From NCBI GenBank assembly GCA_018384745.1, contig JAHAYH010000029.1, positions 2,119-66,118 of the forward strand: DNA of 64,000 nucleotides, written 5' to 3'. The notes under the pieces were generated by a model. It had not been told where the DNA came from, did not search any database, and saw nothing but the letters and a program-made list of their open reading frames with translations. Below, in pieces: positions 39,682 through 48,048 of the stretch (position 1 is its first letter; each line of letters begins with the position of its first letter). The position numbers were made by a program, and so were the translations under genes. The stretch comes from Caryophanon sp. (GTDB lineage: Bacteria; Bacillota; Bacilli; Bacillales_A; Planococcaceae).

Positions 39682-41507
39682 ACGCGGAAATCCACTCCTG
39701 TCGTCGGTGGTTGCTGCACTTTTGGCTTCGGTGCCACCTTTGTTTCAAACGGTTTAATAAACACGCCAGACAGCTGATAATCATGCTTCGCTAAACCGTC
39801 CTTCAACACCGCTGTTAAAGGCTTTGCAAGCGCTTGTAACACATTGTCATCATTAAAAACATTCACCGTGACAATGCGATTTTGCACCTGCATATCAATC
39901 ATTGTTTGTTCCATCGATGACATGTCTAAATAAAATAAAATACGCGCATAATCCGCATCGATTTTCCCGTCCTCTTTCATGCGTCCATTCCATTGTAACG
40001 TCGCCTCTGTTTGCTTGCCTAAAAACTGCATCGGCACCTGCATGACAAGCTGGTGTTGATGCCCTTGGTCGCCGGATTGGAGCTGCATCCCATTTAAGCG
40101 TGCGAGCATCGTTTCAGCTGCATCGCGCGTAGCTGGTTGCAGTTGCTCTTGCATCATTGCTAGCAGCTGTGGCTTCAATTGCACAGCGAGCGTTTGCGGG
40201 TCATTCCCCTTCATCGCCGCTTCGTAACTCATGCCCATTTCACGCATAACATGGCGCATCGCATGCTCAATTGCTTTTGCGTCAATATTATTTTGGACGT
40301 AACTTTCGGTCTGCATCACGAGTGGCTGTAGCTGCGGTTGTGACGTCGCATATGTCGCTATTTGTGTAAATGTTGCGTTTGTAGGTTGCGCTTGAACGAG
40401 TGTCGCTAATTGTTCACGCGCTGTTAAATGACCATTTTGGGCAAATAATTGCGTTTGTGCGTTTTGAGAAAACGCTTTAACGAGCTGCTCGTTCATTTGA
40501 TTGGCAAAAATAGCGTTCGTTTGCGCCGTTTTTGGCAGCTGTTCAAATCGTTGAATGAGCTGCTGCATCGTTTGCTTTTGGTCCGCGCTTAGCGTTGGTT
40601 GCTGTTCAACCCATTGTTTGAGCTGTGGGAGCTGCTGCTGCATTTGCTGCGGTGTCGCTTGCTGCAACGCTTGCACGACTTGTCCTGCACTTGCATTTGG
40701 CGCTACGCTCGGCGCTTGGCCATTTTGCTGCCAGTTCGTCGTTGTCGCTTGTGGTGAAAGCACCCCGGCTTGTTTTAAATGCGTTAACGCCTCTTGCTTT
40801 TGTGCCGCGTTCCCACTTTGGAGCTGCTCGACCAGTTTTCCGACGTACACACCACCTGCTTGCTCGCTAAACGGCTTCGCAATCGACTGGAGCTGTGCCA
40901 CGACGCTTTGTTTCATCGCAGGGGATAATGCACCGTCTCGCATCACCGCCTGCTCAAGCTGCTGCAGCGAGCTAACGATGCCTGTCGTTTTTGCGCCTTG
41001 TGTCATCGCTTGGAATACTTGTTGTGTAAACGGCATTTTACTTTCAAGCATTTTCGTCATCGCAGCGAGCGCCTCTTTCACACTAACGTTTGGTGGCAAT
41101 GACTTTAAAAAGCTTTCCGCTTGTAACAACTGGTCCTTCACAATTGGCAGTTGCGCTTTCATAAATTGCTGCAATGCTTGCTGCATCTCGCTTGTTTTTG
41201 GCAAGTTCATCGCCTGCATAATTTGCTGCATTTGCTGTTGTGGCGTTGCCGCGCTCGTGACAACTTTTAATTCGGTTTGTGGCTGTGTTTGCGTCACTTG
41301 GAATACATGTGTATCACCTTGTTTCAGTGGCGCTTCGAGCTTTGCAATAATTTTTTGATTGCCAACTTGTACTTCAGCCGTTTGATTCGGGTATAGTTGC
41401 TTAATCGTGCCGTGAAACATTTGCCCATCACGTAACGACATTGGTTGCGTTGTGTTTGCCTGAACGCTTTGTGTTTGAATCGGTTGAAATGACATCGATG
41501 TCATCAT
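39678..41507 (-). CDS. ylqG: Gln-rich FliK-like protein (YlqG type), function unknown
   Basis: About 609 aa. More than 450 aa of Q/T/A-rich low complexity, then a C-terminal block of about 110 aa (QLVMQVPMQFLGKQTEATLQW ... IDMQVQNRIVTVNVFNDDNVLQALAKPLTAVLKDGLAKHDYQLSGVFIKPF) that resembles the FliK C-terminal domain pattern. Its SD AAGGAGGG overlaps the rnhB stop; the track start at 41510 is TTG. Confidence 0.7.
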   Translation of the reverse strand: MMTSMSFQPIQTQSVQANTTQPMSLRDGQMFHGTIKQLYPNQTAEVQVGNQKIIAKLEAPLKQGDTHVFQVTQTQPQTELKVVTSAATPQQQMQQIMQAMNLPKTSEMQQALQQFMKAQLPIVKDQLLQAESFLKSLPPNVSVKEALAAMTKMLESKMPFTQQVFQAMTQGAKTTGIVSSLQQLEQAVMRDGALSPAMKQSVVAQLQSIAKPFSEQAGGVYVGKLVEQLQSGNAAQKQEALTHLKQAGVLSPQATTTNWQQNGQAPSVAPNASAGQVVQALQQATPQQMQQQLPQLKQWVEQQPTLSADQKQTMQQLIQRFEQLPKTAQTNAIFANQMNEQLVKAFSQNAQTQLFAQNGHLTAREQLATLVQAQPTNATFTQIATYATSQPQLQPLVMQTESYVQNNIDAKAIEHAMRHVMREMGMSYEAAMKGNDPQTLAVQLKPQLLAMMQEQLQPATRDAAETMLARLNGMQLQSGDQGHQHQLVMQVPMQFLGKQTEATLQWNGRMKEDGKIDADYARILFYLDMSSMEQTMIDMQVQNRIVTVNVFNDDNVLQALAKPLTAVLKDGLAKHDYQLSGVFIKPFETKVAPKPKVQQPPTTGVDFRV

Positions 41508-41517
41508 CAATCCCTCC

Positions 41518-42279
41518 TTATTTCACAAGTGATTTAATCGGTTCAAAGCTGCGACGGTGATGCGGTGTAATGCCGTGCGCATCAATGGCAGCTAAGTGCT
41601 CCTTCGTACCGTATCCTGCATGGTTTTGAAAACCGTATTGTGGATATTGCTCATGCAACGTATCCATATATTCGTCACGCGCCGTTTTAGCCAAAATCGA
41701 TGCTGCCGCAATCGATAAGCTTAGCGCATCCCCTTTAATGATATTCGCTTGGCGATGCGCAATATCGAGTGTCATCGCATCAGCAAGTACAACGTCTGGC
41801 ACAATTGCCAGTGCCTCAACCGCGGCTTTCATCGATTGGCGCGTCGCTTCGTATATGTTAAGCGTATCGATCGCTTCGACCGATTGAAAATGCACGTGAT
41901 AACAAACGGCATGCTCTTTAATTAACGCGGCGTATGCTGCACGCTTTTCCTTTGATAATTGCTTGGAGTCATTAATGCCAACAAGTGCTTCACAGTGCAG
42001 TGGTAAAATGGCGGCTGCTGTGACAACCGGTCCTGCAAGCGGTCCACGCCCTGCTTCATCGACGCCTGCAACGTACGTGCCCCCGTGTAAATAACTTTCA
42101 TCAAATGCAACTTTTTGTGCATGTTGCTCCAGTTGCTGCTGCGCTTTTTCGTATCGTTTATAAAATGACGCAAGTGCTTTTTGTACACCACTTCGCTCAT
42201 CGGTTGCGAGCGCTTCAATCCAAGGTGCGGGTGCCGTTGCTTCTTTTAACTTTGCGGTAATGTCTTTAATCGATGTCAT
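41518..42279 (-). CDS. rnhB: ribonuclease HII
   Basis: 253 aa. Catalytic motif GVDEAGRGPLAGPV. Confidence 0.96.
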   Translation of the reverse strand: MTSIKDITAKLKEATAPAPWIEALATDERSGVQKALASFYKRYEKAQQQLEQHAQKVAFDESYLHGGTYVAGVDEAGRGPLAGPVVTAAAILPLHCEALVGINDSKQLSKEKRAAYAALIKEHAVCYHVHFQSVEAIDTLNIYEATRQSMKAAVEALAIVPDVVLADAMTLDIAHRQANIIKGDALSLSIAAASILAKTARDEYMDTLHEQYPQYGFQNHAGYGTKEHLAAIDAHGITPHHRRSFEPIKSLVK

Positions 42280-42303
42280 GATCGTTCCTCTTTTCTACTA
42301 TTT

Positions 42304-42335
42304 ATATCGGTGTGAATTGTTTGTTCATTATACCA
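42304..42335 (-). promoter_or_regulatory. candidate promoter region for rnhB-ylqG-ylqH: extended -10 TGGTATAAT, plus an overlapping SigD-like TAAT-N15-ACCGATAT
   Basis: On the minus strand TGGTATAAT is at 42335..42327 and ACCGATAT at 42311..42304, with TAAT 15 nt upstream. The rnhB ATG is at 42279. Confidence 0.35.
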
Positions 42336-42368
42336 AAACGCATATGTGCATGACGCACATGTTGCGAA

Positions 42369-42405
42369 CAAAAAAACTAGCAACAGGCGCACCCGTTACT
42401 AGTTT
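42369..42405 (-). terminator. intrinsic terminator after rbgA
   Basis: Minus-strand RNA AAACUAGUAAC-(10 nt)-GUUGCUAGUUU (one G-U pair) followed by UUUUG. Confidence 0.75.
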
Positions 42406-42412
42406 GCATTCA

Positions 42413-43348
42413 TTACTGTTCTTTTTTGCGCTGTGCATTTACAGCTCGTCTTGCTGCATCTTCTTCTTTAATCGCTTGTTGGCGCGCTTCTTCTGCAATC
42501 GCATCTTCCACACGGTCAAACGTTAAACGACCTAAATGCTCGCTGCGTAAGTCGCGAATAATGAGTAATGACACTTGATCATAATCAATTTCGCCACCTT
42601 GCCCGAACACGCGACGCTTTTGTCCGATCGCATTAAACGTTACAACTAAATCTTCATCGACATGCTCAATGCCGTAGCGCTCTTGTAAACGCTCTGGGTA
42701 GCGCTCTTCTAAAAAGCGTAGCGCATATACCGCTAAATCTTCCATGTTGGTGATGGAATCTTTAATCGCTCCTGTCACCGCAAGCTTATAACCAATTTGT
42801 TGGTCTTCAAATTTCGGCCATAAAATACCTGGTGTATCCAGCAGCTCGATTTCTTTGCCGACCTTGATCCATTGCTGCGCTTTCGTCACACCTGGTGTAT
42901 TGCCCGTTTTGGCGATATTTTTCTTCGCTAAACGGTTAATGAGCGTTGATTTCCCAACGTTTGGAATGCCGACGATCATCGCGCGCATCGCACGTGGCTT
43001 CATGCCTTTTGACTTCATGCGATCCCATTTTCCCTTTAAAATTTCTTGCGCAGCTTTTGTCACAGCAGCTAAGCCTTTTCCTTCGAATGAATTTAACGCA
43101 ACAGCCTTCATGCCGCGCTCATCGAAATATTGCACCCAGCGACGCGTTTCGTTTTCATCCGCCATATCCATTTTGTTTAAAATGATTAAGCGTGGCTTTT
43201 GGTTGATCACTTCATCAATCATCGGGTTACGCGATGATAACGGCAAGCGCGCATCCACTAATTCAAAAATAATATCTACTAACTTTAATTGCTCTGTTAC
43301 TTGGCGACGGGCTTTTGCCATATGCCCTGGGAACCATTGAATTGTCAT
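42413..43348 (-). CDS. rbgA: ribosome biogenesis GTPase A (RbgA/YlqF), circularly permuted GTPase
   Basis: Start trimmed to the ATG at 43348 ([13 protein letters not shown]; SD GGAGGT). Motif order G4 NKMD, G1 [10 protein letters not shown]3 DTPG. Confidence 0.95.
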   Translation of the reverse strand: MTIQWFPGHMAKARRQVTEQLKLVDIIFELVDARLPLSSRNPMIDEVINQKPRLIILNKMDMADENETRRWVQYFDERGMKAVALNSFEGKGLAAVTKAAQEILKGKWDRMKSKGMKPRAMRAMIVGIPNVGKSTLINRLAKKNIAKTGNTPGVTKAQQWIKVGKEIELLDTPGILWPKFEDQQIGYKLAVTGAIKDSITNMEDLAVYALRFLEERYPERLQERYGIEHVDEDLVVTFNAIGQKRRVFGQGGEIDYDQVSLLIIRDLRSEHLGRLTFDRVEDAIAEEARQQAIKEEDAARRAVNAQRKKEQ

Positions 43349-43373
43349 ACTATTTACCTCCATTACGAACAGA

Positions 43374-43404
43374 TGCGAGGGTACGGACTTGCTGCACCCT
43401 CGCA
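43374..43404 (-). other. GC-rich 9-bp stem-loop between lepB and rbgA
   Basis: UGCGAGGGU-(13 nt)-ACCCUCGCA starting 6 nt after the lepB stop. No clean U-tract follows (UCUGUUCG). Could be a stabiliser or a weak attenuator. Confidence 0.5.
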
Positions 43405-43409
43405 CATTG

Positions 43410-43970
43410 TTAATCGACTAATTTAATTTCATTTAACGGCCAGAAAATTAAGCTTGTGCTACCGATAATTTCCTTTTGATCCACAAGACCGATGTGACGG
43501 CTATCTTTACTGTAGCGACGGTTGTCACCCATCACGAATACATAGCCTTCTGGAATTTCAGACACACCTGTTTTTTCTTCCAACGTGAAATCTTCCGTTA
43601 ACGTACCTTCTACTAACTGCGCTTTTTTATCATCTAAATACGGCTCATCATACGCTTCACCGTTAATGTATAATTGATCATCAATATATTCCACATGATC
43701 CCCTGGTACACCAATGACGCGCTTAATATAGTCTTTTCCTTCCGGTGCATGGAAAACGACGATATCAAAGCGATCAGGCTCCCCAATCATATAGCCAATT
43801 TTGCTTACAATCATACGATCGCCATTTTCTAATGTTGGCATCATCGATTCGCCATCCACAACAATCGGCGTGAACAGGAAAAAACGAATAACCGCTGCGA
43901 CCGCAAATGCGATCAATAACGCTTTCGTCCATTCCCACAGTTCATTTTTTTCTTTTTTTGCAGTTTCCAA
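43410..43970 (-). CDS. lepB: signal peptidase I
   Basis: 186 aa. Catalytic Ser box GESMMPTL, Lys box [11 protein letters not shown], and [14 protein letters not shown] start with SD GGGAGG (8-nt spacer). Confidence 0.95.
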   Translation of the reverse strand: METAKKEKNELWEWTKALLIAFAVAAVIRFFLFTPIVVDGESMMPTLENGDRMIVSKIGYMIGEPDRFDIVVFHAPEGKDYIKRVIGVPGDHVEYIDDQLYINGEAYDEPYLDDKKAQLVEGTLTEDFTLEEKTGVSEIPEGYVFVMGDNRRYSKDSRHIGLVDQKEIIGSTSLIFWPLNEIKLVD

Positions 43971-43998
43971 ACAATACGCCTCCCTTTAGCTTCTCTTT

Positions 43999-44028
43999 AT
44001 TTTAGAGTATTCATTAGCTTATTGACAA
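43999..44028 (-). promoter_or_regulatory. candidate sigma-A promoter for lepB (TTGTCA-18-TAAAAT)
   Basis: On the minus strand the -35 is at 44028..44023 and the -10 at 44004..43999. Confidence 0.4.
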
Positions 44029-44050
44029 GTTAGAACGTCTTTTTGTCATG

Positions 44051-44093
44051 AAAAAAAGGAGCTTGTGGATGAACACAAACTCCTTTCTTTTCA
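44051..44093 (-). terminator. intrinsic terminator after rplS
   Basis: Minus-strand RNA AAAGGAGUUUGUG-(6 nt)-CACAAGCUCCUUU (one G-U pair) followed by UUUU. Confidence 0.8.
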
Positions 44094-44102
44094 ACATAAT
44101 AA

Positions 44103-44447
44103 TTAGCGAATTTCTTTAATACGAGCAGCTTTACCACGTAAGTTACGTAGGTAGTAAAGTTTAGCACGACGTACTTTACCTTTACGTACTACTTCTAATT
44201 TAGCGATTTTTGGTGTGTGTACTGGGAAAGTACGCTCAACACCAACACCAGAAGAAATTTTACGAACTGTGAAAGTTTCGCTGATGCCGCCGCCACGACG
44301 TTTGATTACAACGCCTTCGAATAATTGGATACGCTCACGAGTACCCTCTACAACTTTAACGTGTACACGAACAGTGTCACCAGGACGGAATGAAGGTACA
44401 TCTGTACGAAGTTGTTCTTTAGTGATTTCAGTAATAATGTTTGACAT
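44103..44447 (-). CDS. rplS: 50S ribosomal protein L19
   Basis: Start trimmed to the ATG at 44447 ([13 protein letters not shown]; SD GAAGGAGAG), giving 114 aa. The upstream 20 codons in the ORF track are leader sequence. Confidence 0.97.
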   Translation of the reverse strand: MSNIITEITKEQLRTDVPSFRPGDTVRVHVKVVEGTRERIQLFEGVVIKRRGGGISETFTVRKISSGVGVERTFPVHTPKIAKLEVVRKGKVRRAKLYYLRNLRGKAARIKEIR

Positions 44448-44532
44448 TATGTTTTCTCTCCTTCTACCAATGCTCATACACGACCATTTCTGCGCACAGC
44501 GGAACATCGTAATTCATATGCTTATAAGCACA
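44448..44532 (-). ncRNA. candidate rplS 5' leader (position of the Firmicute L19 ribosomal-protein leader)
   Basis: An untranslated leader of about 85 nt lies between the predicted promoter and the rplS SD and contains palindromic segments (e.g. UGCUUAUAAGCA). Called by position only; no covariance model was run. Confidence 0.3.
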
Positions 44533-44538
44533 AATTGA

Positions 44539-44567
44539 ATAATACCACAAAGAAAATGCCGTTGCAA
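44539..44567 (-). promoter_or_regulatory. candidate sigma-A promoter for rplS (TTGCAA-17-TGgTATTAT)
   Basis: On the minus strand the -35 TTGCAA is at 44567..44562 and the -10 TATTAT at 44544..44539, with a TG at the extended -10 position. Confidence 0.5.
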
Positions 44568-44633
44568 CTAAAATTCGTTCGAATAACAAGGAATTTTCCT
44601 TTACAGCGCATTGGTCAGTTTTGCATCGTTTTT

Positions 44634-45359
44634 TTATTTTTTTAGCGTCTCAATGTACGCTTTTTGCTTATCTGTTAGCTCGATGTGATCGAGTAAATCC
44701 GGACGTCGCTCAAACGTGCGTTTTAACGACTGCTCCTCGCGCCACTGTGCGATTTTCGCATGATTGCCTGATAGTAATACATCCGGTACTTTCATGCCGC
44801 GATACTCCGCTGGACGCGTATAATGCGGATGTTCAAGCAGTCCTGTTGAGAACGAATCTTGAATGTGTGAATCCGCCTGCCCTAAAACATTTGGTAGTAA
44901 ACGCACAACGCTGTCGATCACCGTCATCGCTGCCAGCTCACCACCTGTTAATACGAAGTCACCAATTGAAATTTCATCGGTTACAAGGTGCTCGCGAATG
45001 CGCTCATCATAGCCTTCATAATGGCCGCATAAAAACACTAAGTTTTCCTCTTCGGCTAATTCCTCTGCCTTTTGCTGCGTAAAGCGTTCGCCTTGTGGAC
45101 ACATTAAAATGACGCGCGGCGCTTTTCCGTTCGTCTGTAGCGCTTCTACAGCGTTAAACAGCGGCTCTGGCTTTAACACCATGCCTGCACCACCTCCGTA
45201 CGGATAATCATCCACTTGTGAATGCTTATTTTCAGCGTACGCACGGAAATCCGTCACGTTAAATGTAAACGCGCCTTTTTCCTGCGCTTTTTTCATAATC
45301 GATGCGTTCAATACCCCATCAAACATCGTTGGAAATAAACTAAATACTTCAATATGCAT
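44634..45359 (-). CDS. trmD: tRNA (m1G37) methyltransferase TrmD
   Basis: 241 aa. SPOUT motifs [20 protein letters not shown] and [11 protein letters not shown]. Confidence 0.97.
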   Translation of the reverse strand: MHIEVFSLFPTMFDGVLNASIMKKAQEKGAFTFNVTDFRAYAENKHSQVDDYPYGGGAGMVLKPEPLFNAVEALQTNGKAPRVILMCPQGERFTQQKAEELAEEENLVFLCGHYEGYDERIREHLVTDEISIGDFVLTGGELAAMTVIDSVVRLLPNVLGQADSHIQDSFSTGLLEHPHYTRPAEYRGMKVPDVLLSGNHAKIAQWREEQSLKRTFERRPDLLDHIELTDKQKAYIETLKK

Positions 45360-45877
45360 TATAGTAATCCTTCCATAACGTGAATTGTAATTTTCTTTTC
45401 CTCAACATTAATGTGTTTTACGACATCTTCAATGTACGGAATGTAATGCTTCTTCTTACCTTTTGCCGTAATTTCCCATACGTCGTTCGCGCCTGTTGCT
45501 AAAATGTCTGTGACAACGCCAATGAGTTCGCCTTCTTCTGAGAACACGTCACAATCTTTAATTTCAAAGTGATAGTATTCGTTCTCGCCAAGCTCATCAT
45601 CCGCTAATTGGTCGTTTGAAATTTTCAGCATGCCTTCTTTGAATGGCTCGACAAGATTAATGTTTTCCATTCCTTCGAACGTTACTAAAATAAAGTTTTT
45701 ATGACGGCGTGCTGACCCGATCGTTACCCAAGTCGGCTTTTTGTCATCCTTTTTAAACGCTGCAAGCTTTGTGCCAACTGCAAAGCGTTCCTCTTCAAAA
45801 TCCGTTGTTGAAATAATGCGTAACTCCCCACGAATGCCGTGCGTGTTGACGATACGTCCTACGTTAAACCATTGCAT
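45359..45877 (-). CDS. rimM: 16S rRNA processing protein RimM
   Basis: Start trimmed to the ATG at 45877 ([21 protein letters not shown]; SD AGAGGTGA). The track start is GTG. Confidence 0.93.
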   Translation of the reverse strand: MQWFNVGRIVNTHGIRGELRIISTTDFEEERFAVGTKLAAFKKDDKKPTWVTIGSARRHKNFILVTFEGMENINLVEPFKEGMLKISNDQLADDELGENEYYHFEIKDCDVFSEEGELIGVVTDILATGANDVWEITAKGKKKHYIPYIEDVVKHINVEEKKITIHVMEGLL

Positions 45878-45909
45878 ACTTTCGTTCACCTCTATTATAA
45901 TCTCGTTCT

Positions 45910-45938
45910 ATTATAGCGAATGCGCACACGTTACGCAA
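45910..45938 (-). promoter_or_regulatory. candidate sigma-A promoter for rimM-trmD (TTGCGT-17-TATAAT)
   Basis: On the minus strand a consensus -10 TATAAT is at 45915..45910 and the -35 TTGCGT at 45938..45933. Confidence 0.4.
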
Positions 45939-46023
45939 AACAAGCGTAGTGTGGATGTCATGTTGTTCATTGTATATGTTAATGATCATTGTATGTCGAT
46001 TTAACATTGAGAGGCTAGCGAAA

Positions 46024-46055
46024 CAAAAAAGAGGCACCCGAAAGCTTCGGATGCC
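46024..46055 (-). terminator. intrinsic terminator after khpA (ylqC)
   Basis: Minus-strand RNA GGCAUCCGAA-gcu-UUCGGGUGCC followed by UCUUUUUUG, starting 7 nt after the stop codon. Confidence 0.75.
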
Positions 46056-46061
46056 ATTCTT

Positions 46062-46295
46062 TCAATCCAATATATCGACATACGTCTTTTTTTGTTGATG
46101 ACTATTTGCTGCTGAGTAAACAACTGTGCGAATTGCTTTTGCAACTCTCCCGTGTTTACCAATTACTTTCCCTCGATCATTTGCATGAACAAAAAGCTTG
46201 TAAACAATGCGATTTGATTGCTCATCCGTCTCAATACGGACATCATCAGGATAATCGACTAGCGGTGTAACGATTGCTTTAATCAGCTGCTCCAT
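46062..46295 (-). CDS. khpA: KH-domain RNA-binding protein (YlqC/KhpA)
   Basis: 77 aa. GxxG loop in VIGKHGRVAKAIRTVV. Immediately after rpsP. Confidence 0.9.
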   Translation of the reverse strand: MEQLIKAIVTPLVDYPDDVRIETDEQSNRIVYKLFVHANDRGKVIGKHGRVAKAIRTVVYSAANSHQQKKTYVDILD

Positions 46296-46310
46296 AGCAC
46301 ACCTCCAAAA

Positions 46311-46583
46311 TTATTTACTGAATTTTGCGTTATGGAATTTCTCCATGATACCTTGTTCTGAGAACAGGTTACGTACAGTGTCAGATGGTTTTGCACCATC
46401 AGCTAACCATTTAAGAGCTTTCTCTTCATCGATTTGAACTGTAGCTGGTTGAGTTAGTGGGTTGTAAGTACCTACTGTCTCGATTTGACGACCATCACGT
46501 GGTGAACGAGCGTCTGCTACTACGATACGATAGAAAGGAGATTTTTTAGCTCCCATACGTTTTAAGCGAATTTTAACTGCCAT
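46311..46583 (-). CDS. rpsP: 30S ribosomal protein S16
   Basis: 90 aa, beginning [32 protein letters not shown]. Confidence 0.98.
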   Translation of the reverse strand: MAVKIRLKRMGAKKSPFYRIVVADARSPRDGRQIETVGTYNPLTQPATVQIDEEKALKWLADGAKPSDTVRNLFSEQGIMEKFHNAKFSK

Positions 46584-46621
46584 TTTTCTAGCACCTCCGA
46601 ATAAGTTTCACACAAGATAGT

Positions 46622-46650
46622 ATATTATCAATGTTTCTGATGTTTGTAAA
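46622..46650 (-). promoter_or_regulatory. candidate sigma-A promoter for rpsP (TTTACA-17-TGaTAATAT)
   Basis: On the minus strand the -35 is at 46650..46645 and the -10 at 46627..46622, with an extended TG. The -35 lies inside a hairpin (46645..46673) that follows the ffh stop. Confidence 0.5.
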
Positions 46651-46676
46651 GTGTTTTTTCTTAACACCTTACATTT

Positions 46677-48035
46677 TTATTTAAAAAGTGAATCTAAACC
46701 AGGTAGTTTCATCTTTTTCTTCCCTTTACCTGTCGCCATTGACGTCATTTGCTTCATCATTTTCTTCATGTCCTCGAACTGTTTTAACAGGCGATTAATT
46801 TCTTGAATCGATGTGCCCGACCCTTTAGCGATCCGCTTTTTACGGCTTGCGGTAATGATTTCTGGGTTTGTTTTCTCCGCCGGTGTCATCGAGTAAATGA
46901 TCGCTTCAATGTGCGCCATTTGCTTTTCATCGACCTTCGCATTATCAAGCCCTTTAATTTTGCTTGCGCCTGGAATCATCTTTAAAATTTCATCTAAAGG
47001 ACCCATTTTTTTCACCGCTTGTAATTGCTCAATGAAATCGTCAAACGTAAATGTTTGCGTCATGAACTTTTCTTCAAGCTCTTTTGCTTTATCCATATCG
47101 ACTTCGGCTTGTGCTTTTTCGATTAACGATAGCACGTCACCCATGCCTAAAATACGGCTTGCCATACGCTCTGGATGGAACGGCTCTAACGCGTCCATTT
47201 TCTCACCCATACCGACGAATTTAATCGGCTTCTCGGTTACAGCACGAATCGATAGCGCCGCACCACCACGCGTGTCACCATCTAGCTTCGTTAATACAAC
47301 ACCTGTAATGCCAATCGCATCGTTAAAGCTTTGTGCAACGTTGACCGCATCTTGACCTGTCATCGAGTCCACGACTAAAAATACTTCATCCGGCTCTTTA
47401 ATGCCACGAATATCTTTTAGCTCTTGCATGAGCGCTTCATCGATGTGAAGACGACCAGCTGTATCGATAATCACGACGTCTAAATGCTCTTCTTTTGCGT
47501 GTTCAATCGCTTGACGCGCAATGTCAACAGGGGATACTTCATTGCCCAGTGAGAACACTGGTAATGATAATTGTTTCCCTAATGTTTCCAGCTGTTGAAT
47601 CGCCGCTGGACGGTAAATATCCGCCGCAACAAGCAGTGGCTTACGGTTGTATTTTTTACGCAATACGTTCGCTAACTTCCCTGTTGTCGTCGTTTTACCG
47701 GCACCTTGTAAGCCGACCATCATAATGACTGTCGGTGGCTTTGTGTTAAATTTAATTGGGCTTTGCTCGCCGCCCATTAACGCTTGTAATTCTTCTTGAA
47801 CAATTTTAATGACTTGTTGTCCAGGCGTTAATGATTTCATCACGTCCGCGCCTACTGCACGTTCGCTCACGCGCGCCACAAATTCCTTTACTACTTTTAA
47901 GTTAACGTCCGCTTCGATTAAGGCACGGCGAACTTCACGCATCATATCTTTAACGTCTTGTTCCGATACTTTCCCTTTACCTTTAATCTTTTGGATCGTC
48001 CCTTGAAGGCGTTCAGCTAAACCTTCGAATGCCAT
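46677..48035 (-). CDS. ffh: signal recognition particle protein Ffh
   Basis: 452 aa. GTPase motifs GLQGAGKTTT, DTAGR and TKLDGD, plus a Met-rich M domain. Confidence 0.98.
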   Translation of the reverse strand: MAFEGLAERLQGTIQKIKGKGKVSEQDVKDMMREVRRALIEADVNLKVVKEFVARVSERAVGADVMKSLTPGQQVIKIVQEELQALMGGEQSPIKFNTKPPTVIMMVGLQGAGKTTTTGKLANVLRKKYNRKPLLVAADIYRPAAIQQLETLGKQLSLPVFSLGNEVSPVDIARQAIEHAKEEHLDVVIIDTAGRLHIDEALMQELKDIRGIKEPDEVFLVVDSMTGQDAVNVAQSFNDAIGITGVVLTKLDGDTRGGAALSIRAVTEKPIKFVGMGEKMDALEPFHPERMASRILGMGDVLSLIEKAQAEVDMDKAKELEEKFMTQTFTFDDFIEQLQAVKKMGPLDEILKMIPGASKIKGLDNAKVDEKQMAHIEAIIYSMTPAEKTNPEIITASRKKRIAKGSGTSIQEINRLLKQFEDMKKMMKQMTSMATGKGKKKMKLPGLDSLFK

Positions 48036-48048
48036 AATAAGTCTCCCC

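Noticed and set aside
40555-41358. 267-aa Cys-rich ORF on the plus strand (also 40625..40870)
   Set aside because: It lies entirely antisense to the Gln-rich ylqG-like gene. CAG/CAA/GCA codons read backwards give CTG/TTG/TGC, producing a stop-free Cys/Leu-rich shadow frame. It has no SD and no independent support.
41922-42218. Same-strand out-of-frame ORFs nested in known genes (41922..42218 in rnhB, 1306..1494 and 1498..1701, 5752..5958, 12276..12464, 21186..21407, 27691..27894, 31662..31865, 36313..36513, 51847..52095)
   Set aside because: Each is fully contained in a gene with clear family motifs in another frame. Compositions are basic or odd, and none has a convincing RBS.
42413-42505. 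C-terminal Lys/Glu/Ala/Arg-rich tail of about 30 aa on RbgA. Also long low-complexity linkers in CheB (about 5930..6080), CheA (about 4480..4600) and the acidic N-domain of FtsY.
   Set aside because: These are lineage-variable disordered linkers or tails, common in these families, with no repeat structure or independent signal that suggests a separate function.
44448-44507. N-terminal extensions in the ORF track. Examples: L19 +20 aa, CodY +19 aa (29184..29240), PlsX +19 aa, RbgA +19 aa, YlxF +16 aa, FliF +11 aa, FliP +8 aa, and SucC/CheY/FlhB/RimM/HslV/FabG by a few aa.
   Set aside because: The upstream in-frame starts lack an SD or use GTG/TTG. They would overlap upstream genes or hairpins. 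The internal ATGs have good SD spacing and match the usual N-termini of these families.
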